Position numbers and translations under genes: made by a program. 38,892 bases of DNA, from IMG/VR virus record IMGVR_UViG_3300045988_147897; one strand, written 5' to 3'. Shown here one piece after another: positions 8,626-18,248 of this stretch; the first letter of the stretch is position 1, and each line of letters opens with the position of its first letter. The stretch is from a virus. The notes beneath the pieces are model-generated. The model ran no database searches and was not told the origin of the DNA. It saw nothing but the letters and a program-made list of their open reading frames with translations.

Positions 8626-11600
8626 TGTACGCTCCTCACGACCTTGACGGCTTCGGTTCGCGCGAACGCGCGCGCCTGCTCACCCGTCCAGGGGTTGGTG
8701 ACAACCGCCGTGACGTGGACGTTCGCCGCCCCTGCGCCCGTCGCGTTGCCTCCCACGCCGCCGGTCGCGTACGGCGTCGCATGGCCGGGGATGTAGGTGC
8801 CGCCGAAGATATCGGCGATCTGCCCGAGGATGGCCTCGCTGCGCTTGCGCTTGGACTTGGCGAGCGGGATGTACCCTTCGCCGCCGGTTTCGGGCTCGGC
8901 CCAGACGCGCCAGGCGCCCGCCGGGGCGATCTGTGCGACGTGGCGTTCACGGTGGAAACCGCCGCCCGCGTAGAAGGACAGGACGGACCCGTCGGCTTGC
9001 GCAGATGGGCCGCCCGACTGGCTGTACTGGCCGACGATGTTCACGTACCAGGTTTGCCCATTCCACGCGGCCTTGATGCCTTCCATCTTGCCGCTGACGT
9101 AATCGTTAGCGTTGATGTTGACATACGGGCTGTAGCCGTCGATTGCGGCCTTGATGATTTCGAGCTTCGCGTTCGCCTGCTCGTTGTTTCCATCGATGGT
9201 GACCGTGCCCGTCGCGGCGTCCACCTGGCCGACCGACGCGGCCAGCTGCGCGATAGCTGGGTCGCTGTTCGCGTCAATCGTGATCGTGCCGTCCTGGTTC
9301 TTCGCGTAACCGAGCGTCTCTAGGATCGTCGTAATAGCGGAATCGTTGACGGCGTTGATCGTGATCGTGCCGCCGTTCTGGGCCTGCACGTAGGCGATAA
9401 ACGCGTCAACGGACGCGTTCGCCGCCTGTGTCTCAGCGGTCACGTGAGACTCGATGTTCGTCGGGATCAGGTTCAGCTGATCGGCGAGGTTCGCGGCGTC
9501 CTCAGCGGACAAGCCCATGGCCTGCGCAACACTGATGAAGTTGTCGCGGGTCAACTGCATGGCGGCCTGCATATCCTCCATGGTGGCGCCGTTTTTCTCC
9601 ATGGATTCGACGAGCTCCCATCCGCTCTTGGCGAGGTCGTCGAGCGCGGCCTGATTGGCGCGGCCCGCCGCCGTCGTGATGTCGAGCGTCTGGCCGTTTT
9701 TTTCCACGGCGGCGTTCGCCGCGTCAATCGCGTCATACAGGCCACGCCAGGAACCGCGCTCCCCCAAGATGATGTCCTGCAGGGTCTTCTGAGCATCGAT
9801 CAGGTCGTGCGTCGCCTTGGCCTGGTCCTCCATGGCCTTCGCGGCCTGGTTCGCGGCGCCGGCGAGCTTGTCCTGAGCCGACGCGTTAGCCACGCCAGCA
9901 CGCGCGGCCTGGTCGTTCATCTCAGCGGCCTTGCCCATGGCGGCCTGGGTCTCGTCCAGGGCTTGACGCGCGTCGTGTTCGGCGTCGGCTATCTCTTTGC
10001 CCCATGAGCTCAGGCCGGGGCCCCGGTCGTTCGTCTTGCGAACGTTGTCTAGGAGGGCGCGGACGCGGGCGTTGGCTTCCTCAGATCCCATGGCGGCGTC
10101 GACGTAGTCGTTTATGTCGCCGCCGAGTTTCTCGAAAGCCGAGGCGCCTGACATGTGGCCGCCCCAAAATGTCTTGGTTTCTTCGTTCAGGCGTTTCAGG
10201 GCGGCGCCGCGCGTCGCGCCGGTAGCCGCGTTCGACACGGCGTCCAGGGTTTCGGCGAACTCTTGGGCCATGGCAGTTGCGCGGGCCTGCTTCGCCTGGT
10301 AGTCGGACAGGGCGCTGGTGAGCGCTCCGAGTGCGACGGTCGCGGCCAGGCCCCAGGGGCCACCGAACGCGCCCATGAGGGCAGATCCGGCGCCCTTTGC
10401 GGCGCGTCCGATACCAGACATAGCGGGGCCGGCGGCCTGCGCGAGCGCGCTGATGTTCGACACGCCGTTCGCGCGTGCGGTAACCCACGCATTGCCGAAG
10501 CCACTGATGGCGCCGCGAGCGTCCGACAAACCACCGCGCATAGCCTCAAACCCGCTGCCAATGCGGGTGATGAATGGGATCGAGCCGTTCAGGGACGACA
10601 AAGCCGTGCGAACGTCGGTGATCGTCGTAAAGATCTTCATGCCTGCGCCCGCTGTAAGCGTCGCGGCGGACGTGAAGGCGACGAGGCCGAGCGCGCCCTG
10701 CTGCACGGGGGCAGGAAGGGCACTGAAAGCGTTGACGGCCTGCTCAGCAAACTGGACGAGCGTACGCAGGAAGTCATTAGCGCCCGAACCGCTCTTGATA
10801 AACAGGGTCTCGAACGAGCCGCCGAGCTTCTCGAGGTCGCCGTTGAGGTTGTCCATGCGAGCCTCGGCGGTTTCCGCCGCATAGCCCGCATCGTTGACCT
10901 TGTCGATCCAATCCTGGATGCCCTGGGCGCCCTGCTCGTACAGGATCGACGCAGACCGGATCGCGTCGTCGCCGAACATCGTTTTGAGGGCGGCCTGGCG
11001 GTCCTCGGCGGTGAGCTTTGACAGGCTGTCGTGGAGCTGCCCCGCGTAGTTGGCGAGGCCGACGAACTGCCCCTGCGCGTCGTACGCACTAATGCCGAGC
11101 TCTTCCATGGTCTTCGCGGCCTGCTTAGACTGTGGGGTCATGCGCAGGAGCATTGTCTTAAACGAGGTGCCAGCGTCCGAGCCGATGTTTCCGGCGGCGG
11201 CGAACGCCGCGAGCGCGCCCGTGGTTTCTTCGATGCTGAGGCCGGTCTGGGAGGCGACGAGGCCAGACTGCTTGAGGGCCGCGCCGAGGTCGCTCACGTC
11301 GCCCATGGCCTTGCCTGCGCCGGCGGCGAGGAGATCGGCGACGTGGCCGACGTCGGAGCCTGAGAGCTTGAACTGGGTAAGGGCGATTGATGCGATTCCG
11401 GCGGCGTCGGCGACCCCCATGCCGCCGGCGGCGGCCAGGTCGAGCGACCCCTTGAGGCCACCGTTCAGGATGTCAGCGGTCGAAACGCCGGCCTTGGCGA
11501 GCTCTTCGATTGCGCCGGCGGCTTCGGATGCGCTGAACGCCGTGTCCGCGCCCGCCTGAATCGCCGCCTCCCTGAGGAGGTCCATGTTCTCAGCGGACTC

Positions 11601-11900
11601 GTGCGTGGCCGCCTGCACGTTGCTCATGGCCTGGTCAAAGTCCGCGAAGCTCTTGACAACGTAGCCGGCGGCGGCCGCCGCGGCGACACCGTACCCAACC
11701 ATGGCGGTCGAGGCGGTGTCCCAGGCGGCGCGCTGCAACTGGGCGGACTGGGCGAGGCGGCCCATGGTGGTCTCGGCCGTCTTGCCGGTGGGGTCGCCCT
11801 TCGCTGCGAGCTGGTCGAGGCTCGTCGCCGCGCTCTTGATCTGGCGGTTGAAGTCGGCGACGTTTGCGCGAAGTGTGACCTTAATTGACCGTTCAGTCAT
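8622..11900 (-). CDS. tail tape measure protein (1092 aa)
   Basis: Very long Ala/Gly-rich alpha-helical protein between the chaperone genes and Dit; internal ATG (MTERSIKV) with RBS GGAAAGG. Confidence 0.8.
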   Translation of the reverse strand: MTERSIKVTLRANVADFNRQIKSAATSLDQLAAKGDPTGKTAETTMGRLAQSAQLQRAAWDTASTAMVGYGVAAAAAAGYVVKSFADFDQAMSNVQAATHESAENMDLLREAAIQAGADTAFSASEAAGAIEELAKAGVSTADILNGGLKGSLDLAAAGGMGVADAAGIASIALTQFKLSGSDVGHVADLLAAGAGKAMGDVSDLGAALKQSGLVASQTGLSIEETTGALAAFAAAGNIGSDAGTSFKTMLLRMTPQSKQAAKTMEELGISAYDAQGQFVGLANYAGQLHDSLSKLTAEDRQAALKTMFGDDAIRSASILYEQGAQGIQDWIDKVNDAGYAAETAEARMDNLNGDLEKLGGSFETLFIKSGSGANDFLRTLVQFAEQAVNAFSALPAPVQQGALGLVAFTSAATLTAGAGMKIFTTITDVRTALSSLNGSIPFITRIGSGFEAMRGGLSDARGAISGFGNAWVTARANGVSNISALAQAAGPAMSGIGRAAKGAGSALMGAFGGPWGLAATVALGALTSALSDYQAKQARATAMAQEFAETLDAVSNAATGATRGAALKRLNEETKTFWGGHMSGASAFEKLGGDINDYVDAAMGSEEANARVRALLDNVRKTNDRGPGLSSWGKEIADAEHDARQALDETQAAMGKAAEMNDQAARAGVANASAQDKLAGAANQAAKAMEDQAKATHDLIDAQKTLQDIILGERGSWRGLYDAIDAANAAVEKNGQTLDITTAAGRANQAALDDLAKSGWELVESMEKNGATMEDMQAAMQLTRDNFISVAQAMGLSAEDAANLADQLNLIPTNIESHVTAETQAANASVDAFIAYVQAQNGGTITINAVNDSAITTILETLGYAKNQDGTITIDANSDPAIAQLAASVGQVDAATGTVTIDGNNEQANAKLEIIKAAIDGYSPYVNINANDYVSGKMEGIKAAWNGQTWYVNIVGQYSQSGGPSAQADGSVLSFYAGGGFHRERHVAQIAPAGAWRVWAEPETGGEGYIPLAKSKRKRSEAILGQIADIFGGTYIPGHATPYATGGVGGNATGAGAANVHVTAVVTNPWTGEQARAFARTEAVKVVRSVQ

Positions 11901-11959
11901 TGGCTTGTGCCTTTCCGCGCTGTCGCGCCGCTGATGTGCCGGGGCACCCCGCCCGGCGT

Positions 11960-12304
11960 CTAGTCCTCGGTGCCGGTGAAAACCACCGCCGGGACCATGC
12001 CGGGCGCGGGCCCGTTCTTGTGCTTCTTCCGCCACAGATCGAGGGCCATCTGGGCATTGTCTTGGCGTTCTTCCACCTCGAAATAGCCCTCGTAGTCGCC
12101 TTCGGTGAGGCGGCGCGGGTACCCGTAGGAGCCGACGCGCGTATCCTCGTACATGTCGAGCGCCCCCGCGAGCGTGCTGTCAAGCTCGCCCCACGATTCG
12201 CCGGGGACGCCCAGGAACTCGGTCGGCCTGACGCCCCACTTCTTCGCGCTTCGGAGCGCCCGAACCAGCCACGCTCCCGCGGGCCGGTCCAGGCACTCCG
12301 TCAC
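11960..12304 (-). CDS. tail assembly chaperone, second ORF (GT-like position)
   Basis: GTG start overlapping the stop of 12301..12831 (GTGA); lies in the -1 frame relative to the upstream chaperone, but that frame is open for only 11 codons upstream and no slippery heptamer was seen. Confidence 0.4.
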   Translation of the reverse strand: MTECLDRPAGAWLVRALRSAKKWGVRPTEFLGVPGESWGELDSTLAGALDMYEDTRVGSYGYPRRLTEGDYEGYFEVEERQDNAQMALDLWRKKHKNGPAPGMVPAVVFTGTED

Positions 12305-12831
12305 GAAGGGACCGAGATCGTCGGCTTCATCGTGTTAACGGTGGCGACCGCCTGCACCAATGCGACGACCTGGGGTTCGATGCGGTCGCGCAGGGTGGCG
12401 AGCATGTCCACGGTGAGGCCTTCGGGGGCGGTGATCTGCGCGGCGAGCTGCTCGAGTGTGGCCTGGTCGCCGTCGACGCAGCGCTCGTCCATGTCCTTGC
12501 GGAAGCGCTGCACCCATTCGGCGGATCGGCCCTGCACGGTGATGTCGAGGGCGGACGCGCGGATCTGGTCGGCGACGTCGCGCATCTGTGCTTTGATGTC
12601 GCGCATGTCGTCGACGTTGGCGGCGCGCTTCGCTTCGTCGTACCTGTTTTCTAGGGCGGACAGGTCGGCGAACAGGTCGCCCCTTGCGTAGAGGGTGACC
12701 GTGCGCTGCACGGGTGTGACGCCCGCGATCCAGGCCGCGAGGTCGAAAGTCTCAGGGGTGACCGGGGCGTCGGGGGCCGTGTGGGTGAGGTTGAGGTCGC
12801 TCATCGTGAGCTCTTCTTCGTAGGCTGCCAT
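12301..12831 (-). CDS. tail assembly chaperone (gpG-like position)
   Basis: Acidic 176-aa protein between the major tail and tape measure genes. Confidence 0.45.
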   Translation of the reverse strand: MAAYEEELTMSDLNLTHTAPDAPVTPETFDLAAWIAGVTPVQRTVTLYARGDLFADLSALENRYDEAKRAANVDDMRDIKAQMRDVADQIRASALDITVQGRSAEWVQRFRKDMDERCVDGDQATLEQLAAQITAPEGLTVDMLATLRDRIEPQVVALVQAVATVNTMKPTISVPS

Positions 12832-12950
12832 GCCATGCTCCTAGCTGCGTGCGTGTTCGGGCTGCCGTGTTGGTGTGGTGGGGTGTGCCCGCCCGGCAGG
12901 TCTGGCAGCCCAATTACGGAACCTGCCGGGCGGGAGATAAGGGGGACGCG

Positions 12951-13472
12951 TCAGAGAACGTCGCCGGCGGCTTCCACGTCCTCGGCGGCGTCCATGATGT
13001 TCAGCTTCGCGGTGCGCTTGATGTAGCCCGCGAAGCGGTCGGACGGCTTGGTAGGCGTTCCGAGGACGGCCTCGTACACCGACACGATGTCACCAATTTC
13101 CAGCGGCTTGGACTCGACGGGGCCTTCACGTTCGACCAGCCAAATTGTCGTCCCCTTCTTCTTGATGAGGTCCCAGACGAAGTCGTCGGCGGCGACCGGC
13201 TTGCCTTCCTCGTCGAGGTAGCGCAGAACGGTGATGTTGCCAGCGTAAGTCGTAGGCCCGGGGGCCTTGCCATCGCCCTTCTTACACATTTCCTGTTCAG
13301 CGATTTCCGTGTCCGACTCAGCGCCGAGCGCGTAGTCGCTCTTCAGGATGTGGCACGAAATCTTCTTGCCAGCGGTGATTTCAGCGACGGCGGGCTTCGC
13401 CAGGTTCTTTGGCTTCGTGGTGAGCGCCCACAGGGCGATGCGGCCATCGGCCAAGGTCTTAGCTCCGGGCAT
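12951..13472 (-). CDS. major tail (tube) protein
   Basis: Position and size (173 aa from internal Met MPGAKTLADG); the upstream ORF-track extension is Arg/Pro/His-rich junk. Confidence 0.55.
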   Translation of the reverse strand: MPGAKTLADGRIALWALTTKPKNLAKPAVAEITAGKKISCHILKSDYALGAESDTEIAEQEMCKKGDGKAPGPTTYAGNITVLRYLDEEGKPVAADDFVWDLIKKKGTTIWLVEREGPVESKPLEIGDIVSVYEAVLGTPTKPSDRFAGYIKRTAKLNIMDAAEDVEAAGDVL

Positions 13473-13675
13473 TACTTGTCTCCTTCGGTGAGGTGGTCGG
13501 TGGTGTCGTCCCCAAGGTCGGGGGCGTCGTGGGTGTCCTCCTGGCCGCAACACAGGGGTTCGCGGGCCTCGGGGGGCGGGGTGAGAGTCCAGTCCTCACC
13601 CCAGATCGGGTGCCCGATCCAGTGCTCGGGGATGTCCTGGAAAACGCCGGTTCGGGTGTTGTATGCGGTGACCAT
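13472..13675 (-). CDS. small hypothetical protein (67 aa)
   Basis: ORF-track ORF coupled to its flanking genes. Confidence 0.35.
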   Translation of the reverse strand: MVTAYNTRTGVFQDIPEHWIGHPIWGEDWTLTPPPEAREPLCCGQEDTHDAPDLGDDTTDHLTEGDK

Positions 13676-13676
13676 G

Positions 13677-14114
13677 TCAGGGCTCTTTCGTTTCGGGGGT
13701 GGCTTGCGCGCAGAACGTTACGGTGCAGTAGCGGGGCGCTCGGTTCGCGGGCGCGCCCACGGTCGAGTTGTCCGAGCGCACATCCGTCACGCCCACGTGC
13801 TTGAGCGGGAAGCAACGCCAGCCGGGCACCGTTGGGACCTCACCTTTCAGGAGGGCGGTCACCTGATCGGCGAGGTCCAGGACGTTCGCGGTGGTGGGTG
13901 CGACGACCTGCACGTGCAGGCGCACGTCAACATCACCGCCGCATCCGCTCATGGCCTCGGACTTGGCCAGGGTGGGCGGGCCCCACACGAAAACGAACGG
14001 CGGGCCGGGGTTGCCGGGCGGGTCACCGACGAACGCCTTGACAGACACGCCCGACGACGTGAGGGTGGCGAGACGTGCGCGCATCTGCATCATGATGTCA
14101 AGGGTCAACCCCAT
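13677..14114 (-). CDS. tail terminator / tail completion protein (positional call)
   Basis: Gene order between the head-tail joining genes and the major tail gene. Confidence 0.4.
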   Translation of the reverse strand: MGLTLDIMMQMRARLATLTSSGVSVKAFVGDPPGNPGPPFVFVWGPPTLAKSEAMSGCGGDVDVRLHVQVVAPTTANVLDLADQVTALLKGEVPTVPGWRCFPLKHVGVTDVRSDNSTVGAPANRAPRYCTVTFCAQATPETKEP

Positions 14115-14494
14115 AGCTCTCCTACAATGTCGGCGACGGCCTTCTGGAATGCCGCGGCTTCTTCGTTCAACGGTTCGATGGGGTCGCGGGTGTGGCCGCC
14201 GCCCCGGCTGGTGCCGAAATAGGCGATATTCGCCAGGGCGCCAGAGGGTTTGTCGGGGCCGATCTCCGCTTCAATGGTGTGATCCCCGTCGATGAGGTCG
14301 TACGAGATGGACCGGGCGACGGCGCGGATGCCCACGTTGCCCGACGCTTCGAGGTCTGCCTGCATGGCGCGTTTGATGTTCAGCGCGCCCCGGCTCACGG
14401 CGGGCCTAAGCCAACGCGAGAGTTCGCCAGGCATCCGGGTAGCGTCGGCGGCGATCTGCCTAACCTCGGTGGTGTCAATCTCGATGCCACTCAC
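14105..14494 (-). CDS. HK97 gp10-like head-tail joining protein
   Basis: GTG start (VSGIEIDTTEVRQ) with RBS GGAGA, GTGA overlap with the upstream stop; 129 aa; the rest of the ORF-track ORF is an out-of-frame extension across the neighbouring genes. Confidence 0.45.
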   Translation of the reverse strand: MSGIEIDTTEVRQIAADATRMPGELSRWLRPAVSRGALNIKRAMQADLEASGNVGIRAVARSISYDLIDGDHTIEAEIGPDKPSGALANIAYFGTSRGGGHTRDPIEPLNEEAAAFQKAVADIVGELWG

Positions 14495-14874
14495 AGCAAA
14501 TCGTCTCCGTTGGTTTCCACGTCCACCTGGAAACGCCGCGAGGTAACGTGCGTCTTGTCGAACAGCCCCGTCACGCGGAACACGCTCAGGTAGCCTGCGA
14601 CGCGGATCAGGTCGCCGACGCGCACGGCGTCCACGTGGTGCGGGAGGTGGATGCTGTACCGCTGGATGGTGACGAGTGCGCCGGCTGCGTTCGCCGCGGT
14701 CTCGTGCGCCTCGTACGTCTGGACCTTGCACGGCCCAGACCACACGGGGGCCTCGGTAACGTGGTCGAGGCCGTCGGGACCGACGGTGACGGTCGGTCGG
14801 GTGACGGTCGCCCGGTCGGTCATGAGGGCTTCGGCGGCCTTGCGGCCTGCGATTACGGCGGTGCGTGCGCTCAT
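14491..14874 (-). CDS. head closure / head-tail adaptor protein
   Basis: Internal ATG (MSARTAVIAG) in an ATGA overlap with the stop of 14871..15278; positional call. Confidence 0.45.
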   Translation of the reverse strand: MSARTAVIAGRKAAEALMTDRATVTRPTVTVGPDGLDHVTEAPVWSGPCKVQTYEAHETAANAAGALVTIQRYSIHLPHHVDAVRVGDLIRVAGYLSVFRVTGLFDKTHVTSRRFQVDVETNGDDLL

Positions 14875-15278
14875 GCCCAGCCTCCCGCCGGTGTGGTGTC
14901 CGCGTCGCGTCCCCCAAGCCAGGGAGCGGGGGTGAGCACGGGCATGTATGCGCCAGATGTGGAGCCGTCCTGAGAGAGCCGGGCCCATTCATCGGCGGTG
15001 AGGGTGAGCTCTACGGCGGATGCGGCGGCGTCCAGCGTGTAGCTGTAATCGTCGATACGCTCATTCCGCTTGCCGTCAGGATTGCGGGCGCGGCGGGCCA
15101 CGACCTCGCTGATAACGTCGGCGAGGATCTGACGGTCAAGCGCGGCCAGGTCGCCGAGGCGGGCACTGATAATGCGCTCCGTCTTAGAGATCCAGTTCAG
15201 GATCTGCGCTTGTTCGTCAGGGTCGGTGATCGGGCGGCCCAGGGTGGTCGCCACGTCGATTACGGTCGCGTAGGCCAC
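14871..15278 (-). CDS. head-tail connector (gp6-like) protein
   Basis: 135-aa acidic protein following the major capsid gene; typical position and size. Confidence 0.5.
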   Translation of the reverse strand: MAYATVIDVATTLGRPITDPDEQAQILNWISKTERIISARLGDLAALDRQILADVISEVVARRARNPDGKRNERIDDYSYTLDAAASAVELTLTADEWARLSQDGSTSGAYMPVLTPAPWLGGRDADTTPAGGWA

Positions 15279-15424
15279 GCGGGCCCCCTATCAGTCGTCA
15301 GTGGTGGTGGTGTGCCCGGCGGGGCCACGTCGCACGTACCCGAGCCGCTCCCACAGGGGGAGTTGACTCGCGGGCACGGCGACGTGAACGCCCGCCGGGC
15401 TCGTCAAGTGAGCGACCGGGTCGG

Positions 15425-16336
15425 TCACTTACGGGCGATCTTGACGAAAGCGTCCTTGTCGGAGACCGTGAAGCCGTACTCGGCCTCCGCGCGCACGGCG
15501 ACGAGGTTGTTCTCGTACAGGGAGACGAGTTCGCCGTTGATGGTGACGGTCGCCTCCGTGGAGATGTCCATGGTGATACCGCCGACAGTGCCCCACGCGG
15601 CCTTGGTCCAGTCGCCCGCGAAGCCGACGGTCTTTCCGTCGCCGACGTTCTCGTGCATGTAAGTGGCTCGGCCAAGGACGGAACCCGAGCGGAGAGCGGG
15701 CACGGCTCCGGTGTACGCGGCCTCAGCGAACAGCGGCTTGCCCGTCGTGTCCTTGGTGTTCAGGAGGTCAATCTCGAAGCCTGTATCAAAGGCAAACCCC
15801 GTGACCTTCTTCTTCGGGGTGCCCTGCAGGTTCAGGGCCATTGCCTTGACGATATCGTCGTAGGTGTTGGTGCCGGCGACGTTGCCCAGGGTCAGGGTCT
15901 TGGTCGTTGCGGCGAGGGTGGTCTCGAACGGCGAGGTGCCGTTGCCGTCGCCGCCCTTGTTGTGGAACACGGCGAGATCGAAGGCCCGTGCGAAGGCCTC
16001 GGAGAGGAGGGCCTTCAGGGTCTCCGAGTAGCCGCCGGGGTTGGCTCGGATAACCTCCTGAGAGGCCACCGCAATAGCGGTCAGCTTCTCGGGCTTCATC
16101 TTCACCAGGCCGAGGCCTGCCTCGGTGGTGTGCTTTTTCGTGCCCTCAGCGGTCCAGTTGGCGGTGGGCTTGCTGGTGACGATGGGGAAGGCCTGGCCCG
16201 AGGCTCCGAGGGGAACCTTGCGGATGAGGGACATAGCTGCCGAGCCCTTGGCGGCCTCGTCGAAAATGGGGCCGGCGAGTTCCGGCTTGATAAAGCCGTT
16301 AAAGTCGGCGAGCTTCTTTGCGGCGGTGATTGCCAT
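15425..16336 (-). CDS. major capsid protein (HK97 fold)
   Basis: 303-aa Gly/Thr/Ala-rich protein following the scaffold gene; characteristic gene order scaffold-MCP-connector. Confidence 0.75.
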   Translation of the reverse strand: MAITAAKKLADFNGFIKPELAGPIFDEAAKGSAAMSLIRKVPLGASGQAFPIVTSKPTANWTAEGTKKHTTEAGLGLVKMKPEKLTAIAVASQEVIRANPGGYSETLKALLSEAFARAFDLAVFHNKGGDGNGTSPFETTLAATTKTLTLGNVAGTNTYDDIVKAMALNLQGTPKKKVTGFAFDTGFEIDLLNTKDTTGKPLFAEAAYTGAVPALRSGSVLGRATYMHENVGDGKTVGFAGDWTKAAWGTVGGITMDISTEATVTINGELVSLYENNLVAVRAEAEYGFTVSDKDAFVKIARK

Positions 16337-16392
16337 GGTGGGGTGCTCCCTTCGAGCGGTGAGTTGTGGGGTGGGGTGGGCTGCTCAGGGTG

Positions 16393-16899
16393 TCAGCGCC
16401 CGCCGACGGCCTCGATGAGCATTGCCGTGAGCGCGTCCGTGGTGGTCGTCGGTTCGGGCGCGCCGCCCTGAGACGGGTCGGGGCGCATAGCCAGCGGCGT
16501 GGGCTGCGCGTCAGATGCCGGGGCGGGTGCGGGGATCGCGGCGAGGAGCTTTTCAGCGGACGCCGTCAGCTCCTCCGTGTTGCTGCCCTGCAGGAAGTCC
16601 GCGAGCGCGTCAGGCACCTTCATGCTGTGGATGACCTCGGCGCGGGCGAGCTTCGCCTGCAGTTCCGCGACCGTGGCGGCGGCCTGTTCGGCGGCGGCGG
16701 TTCCGGCGGTCTTGGTCTCGTCGAGGCTCACGGACAGGGCCGCGATCTGTGCTTCGAGATCCTTGACGCGGGCGTCGGCTGCCTTGCGTGCGTCGCGTTC
16801 GGCGCGTAGGGCCTTGACACCGCCCTCGTTGAGGGTTTCCTCAGCGGCGGCCTCGTTGGCGTTGGTGTCCGGCGTCTGGTCGGGGGTTTCGGTGGGCAT
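16393..16899 (-). CDS. scaffolding protein
   Basis: Ala/Glu-rich coiled-coil protein immediately upstream of the major capsid gene; ATG with RBS GAAAGGAAACC (the ORF-track start is GTG 27 nt further upstream). Confidence 0.6.
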   Translation of the reverse strand: MPTETPDQTPDTNANEAAAEETLNEGGVKALRAERDARKAADARVKDLEAQIAALSVSLDETKTAGTAAAEQAAATVAELQAKLARAEVIHSMKVPDALADFLQGSNTEELTASAEKLLAAIPAPAPASDAQPTPLAMRPDPSQGGAPEPTTTTDALTAMLIEAVGGR

Positions 16900-16967
16900 G
16901 AGTGGTGGTTTCCTTTCTCGAATCACTCGAGGGGGCCGCCCGCGCCGTCGCGGCGCGAGTCGGGGGC

Positions 16968-18248
16968 TTACACGTAGGCGAGCAAGTAATCGCGCTCGAT
17001 TCTTTCCAGCTTTCGCATGAGGAAAATCTCGCCTTTGCTCTCTGTCGCGGCGTAATAGCGGGCTTCGACTTCGGCGGCGATACGGGGAGTGAGCGGCGTG
17101 TCCCTACCGCCGATGCGAGCGCCGCCGTGGCGCTCTTGGGCGTACTCCGACCAGGGGTTGAGTCCCCGTTTCACGTCCTCCCAGTCGCGGGTGGCAATGA
17201 AAACGCGGCGCTCGGCGGCGGTGAGGTTAGATTGCAGAAGATTCGTGCTCTTGCCCTCACGGCGGCCCCTGATGACTCCGGCGGACGACTGCCCGCGCCC
17301 GGTGATATAGCCGTGCGCGCGCAACGCCTCGATGGCCTGTTCACGGTTCGGGTTCAGGCGGTAGATTGTCTCCGGGGTCCACCGTTCGCGGCCACGTAGG
17401 ATGCGGCCCGCCCATCCGTATTTGCTGGTGCCTTCTTTCGTGATAGTTCGCCAGCGTCCGCCGCCGAAGTTTCGCCAGTCCAATTCGCGGCGGGCGTTCA
17501 CGACCTGGTACATGTCAGCCCCGTCGCGGATTGCCTGCGCGCCGGCGTTCGTGAACACGCGGTTCTGCTCGGCCTCACTCATCCGGTTAAACGCCTCGTA
17601 CGGGTCGTCAATGAGGCCGTGCGCGAACGCTTCGGCCTGGTCCGTGACCATGGTCGGCACATGCTTGCAGTCGCACCTCGGGTGCCGTAGAAAACCCTGA
17701 TTCCAGCGGTAAAACGAGCCTGCGAGGACCACGCACCGCGAGCATGACGGCGGGTTGAGCATCCGCACGTAGCCGGTTCGTGGTCGGGCGGCGATCTGTA
17801 CGCCCGCCGCGCCCCTGCCCGCGTCCGCTACCTCGGTGAGGACCATCATCGATAGCTGACGGGCGCCCGCCGCGAGCGCCTGGGCGGGTTCCATGCCGTC
17901 GGCTATGAGTGTGCGGGCGGTGATGGCGGGGGCGCGCAGTAGGGTGTCGAGGGGGCGTCCGTCGCCGGTGACGCCGGCGAAGGCGTCGGGGTCGACGATG
18001 CCGTCAGGTTCGGCCCATTGGCCTTGTTCTCCGAGTGCGAGGGCGCCGCTGACTAGGGCGCTGGCCGCCGCCGTGCGCTGCGCTGTGGTAATTGCGGCGG
18101 CGACGGTGGGGATGCGTTCACGCCAGGCGTCGGCGATCCAGTTGGGGCCGAGCTTGCGCCAGTGGCGGGCGGCGACGGCGAGGGCGCGGGCCTCCTGTTC
18201 ACGGACCAGCCCGTAGTGGTGTTCAATCGCGGGCGGGATCGAAGCCAT
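16968..18248 (-). CDS. MuF-like minor head / head morphogenesis protein
   Basis: 426-aa protein immediately after the portal gene; positional call. Confidence 0.45.
   Translation of the reverse strand: MASIPPAIEHHYGLVREQEARALAVAARHWRKLGPNWIADAWRERIPTVAAAITTAQRTAAASALVSGALALGEQGQWAEPDGIVDPDAFAGVTGDGRPLDTLLRAPAITARTLIADGMEPAQALAAGARQLSMMVLTEVADAGRGAAGVQIAARPRTGYVRMLNPPSCSRCVVLAGSFYRWNQGFLRHPRCDCKHVPTMVTDQAEAFAHGLIDDPYEAFNRMSEAEQNRVFTNAGAQAIRDGADMYQVVNARRELDWRNFGGGRWRTITKEGTSKYGWAGRILRGRERWTPETIYRLNPNREQAIEALRAHGYITGRGQSSAGVIRGRREGKSTNLLQSNLTAAERRVFIATRDWEDVKRGLNPWSEYAQERHGGARIGGRDTPLTPRIAAEVEARYYAATESKGEIFLMRKLERIERDYLLAYV

Noticed and set aside
12849-14222. Long plus-strand ORFs (for example 12849..14222, 5785..6912, 18247..19824, 34108..35637, 8619..9323) antisense to minus-strand genes
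   Set aside because: Gly/Arg/Val-rich low-complexity translations typical of antisense frames in GC-rich DNA. They span several well-supported minus-strand genes and have no RBS or domain signatures.
15399-15428. Inverted repeat GTGAGCGACC..GGTCGGTCAC overlapping the major capsid gene stop codon as a terminator
   Set aside because: The loop would be only 1-2 nt and the stem is imperfect, so it is not a credible hairpin.
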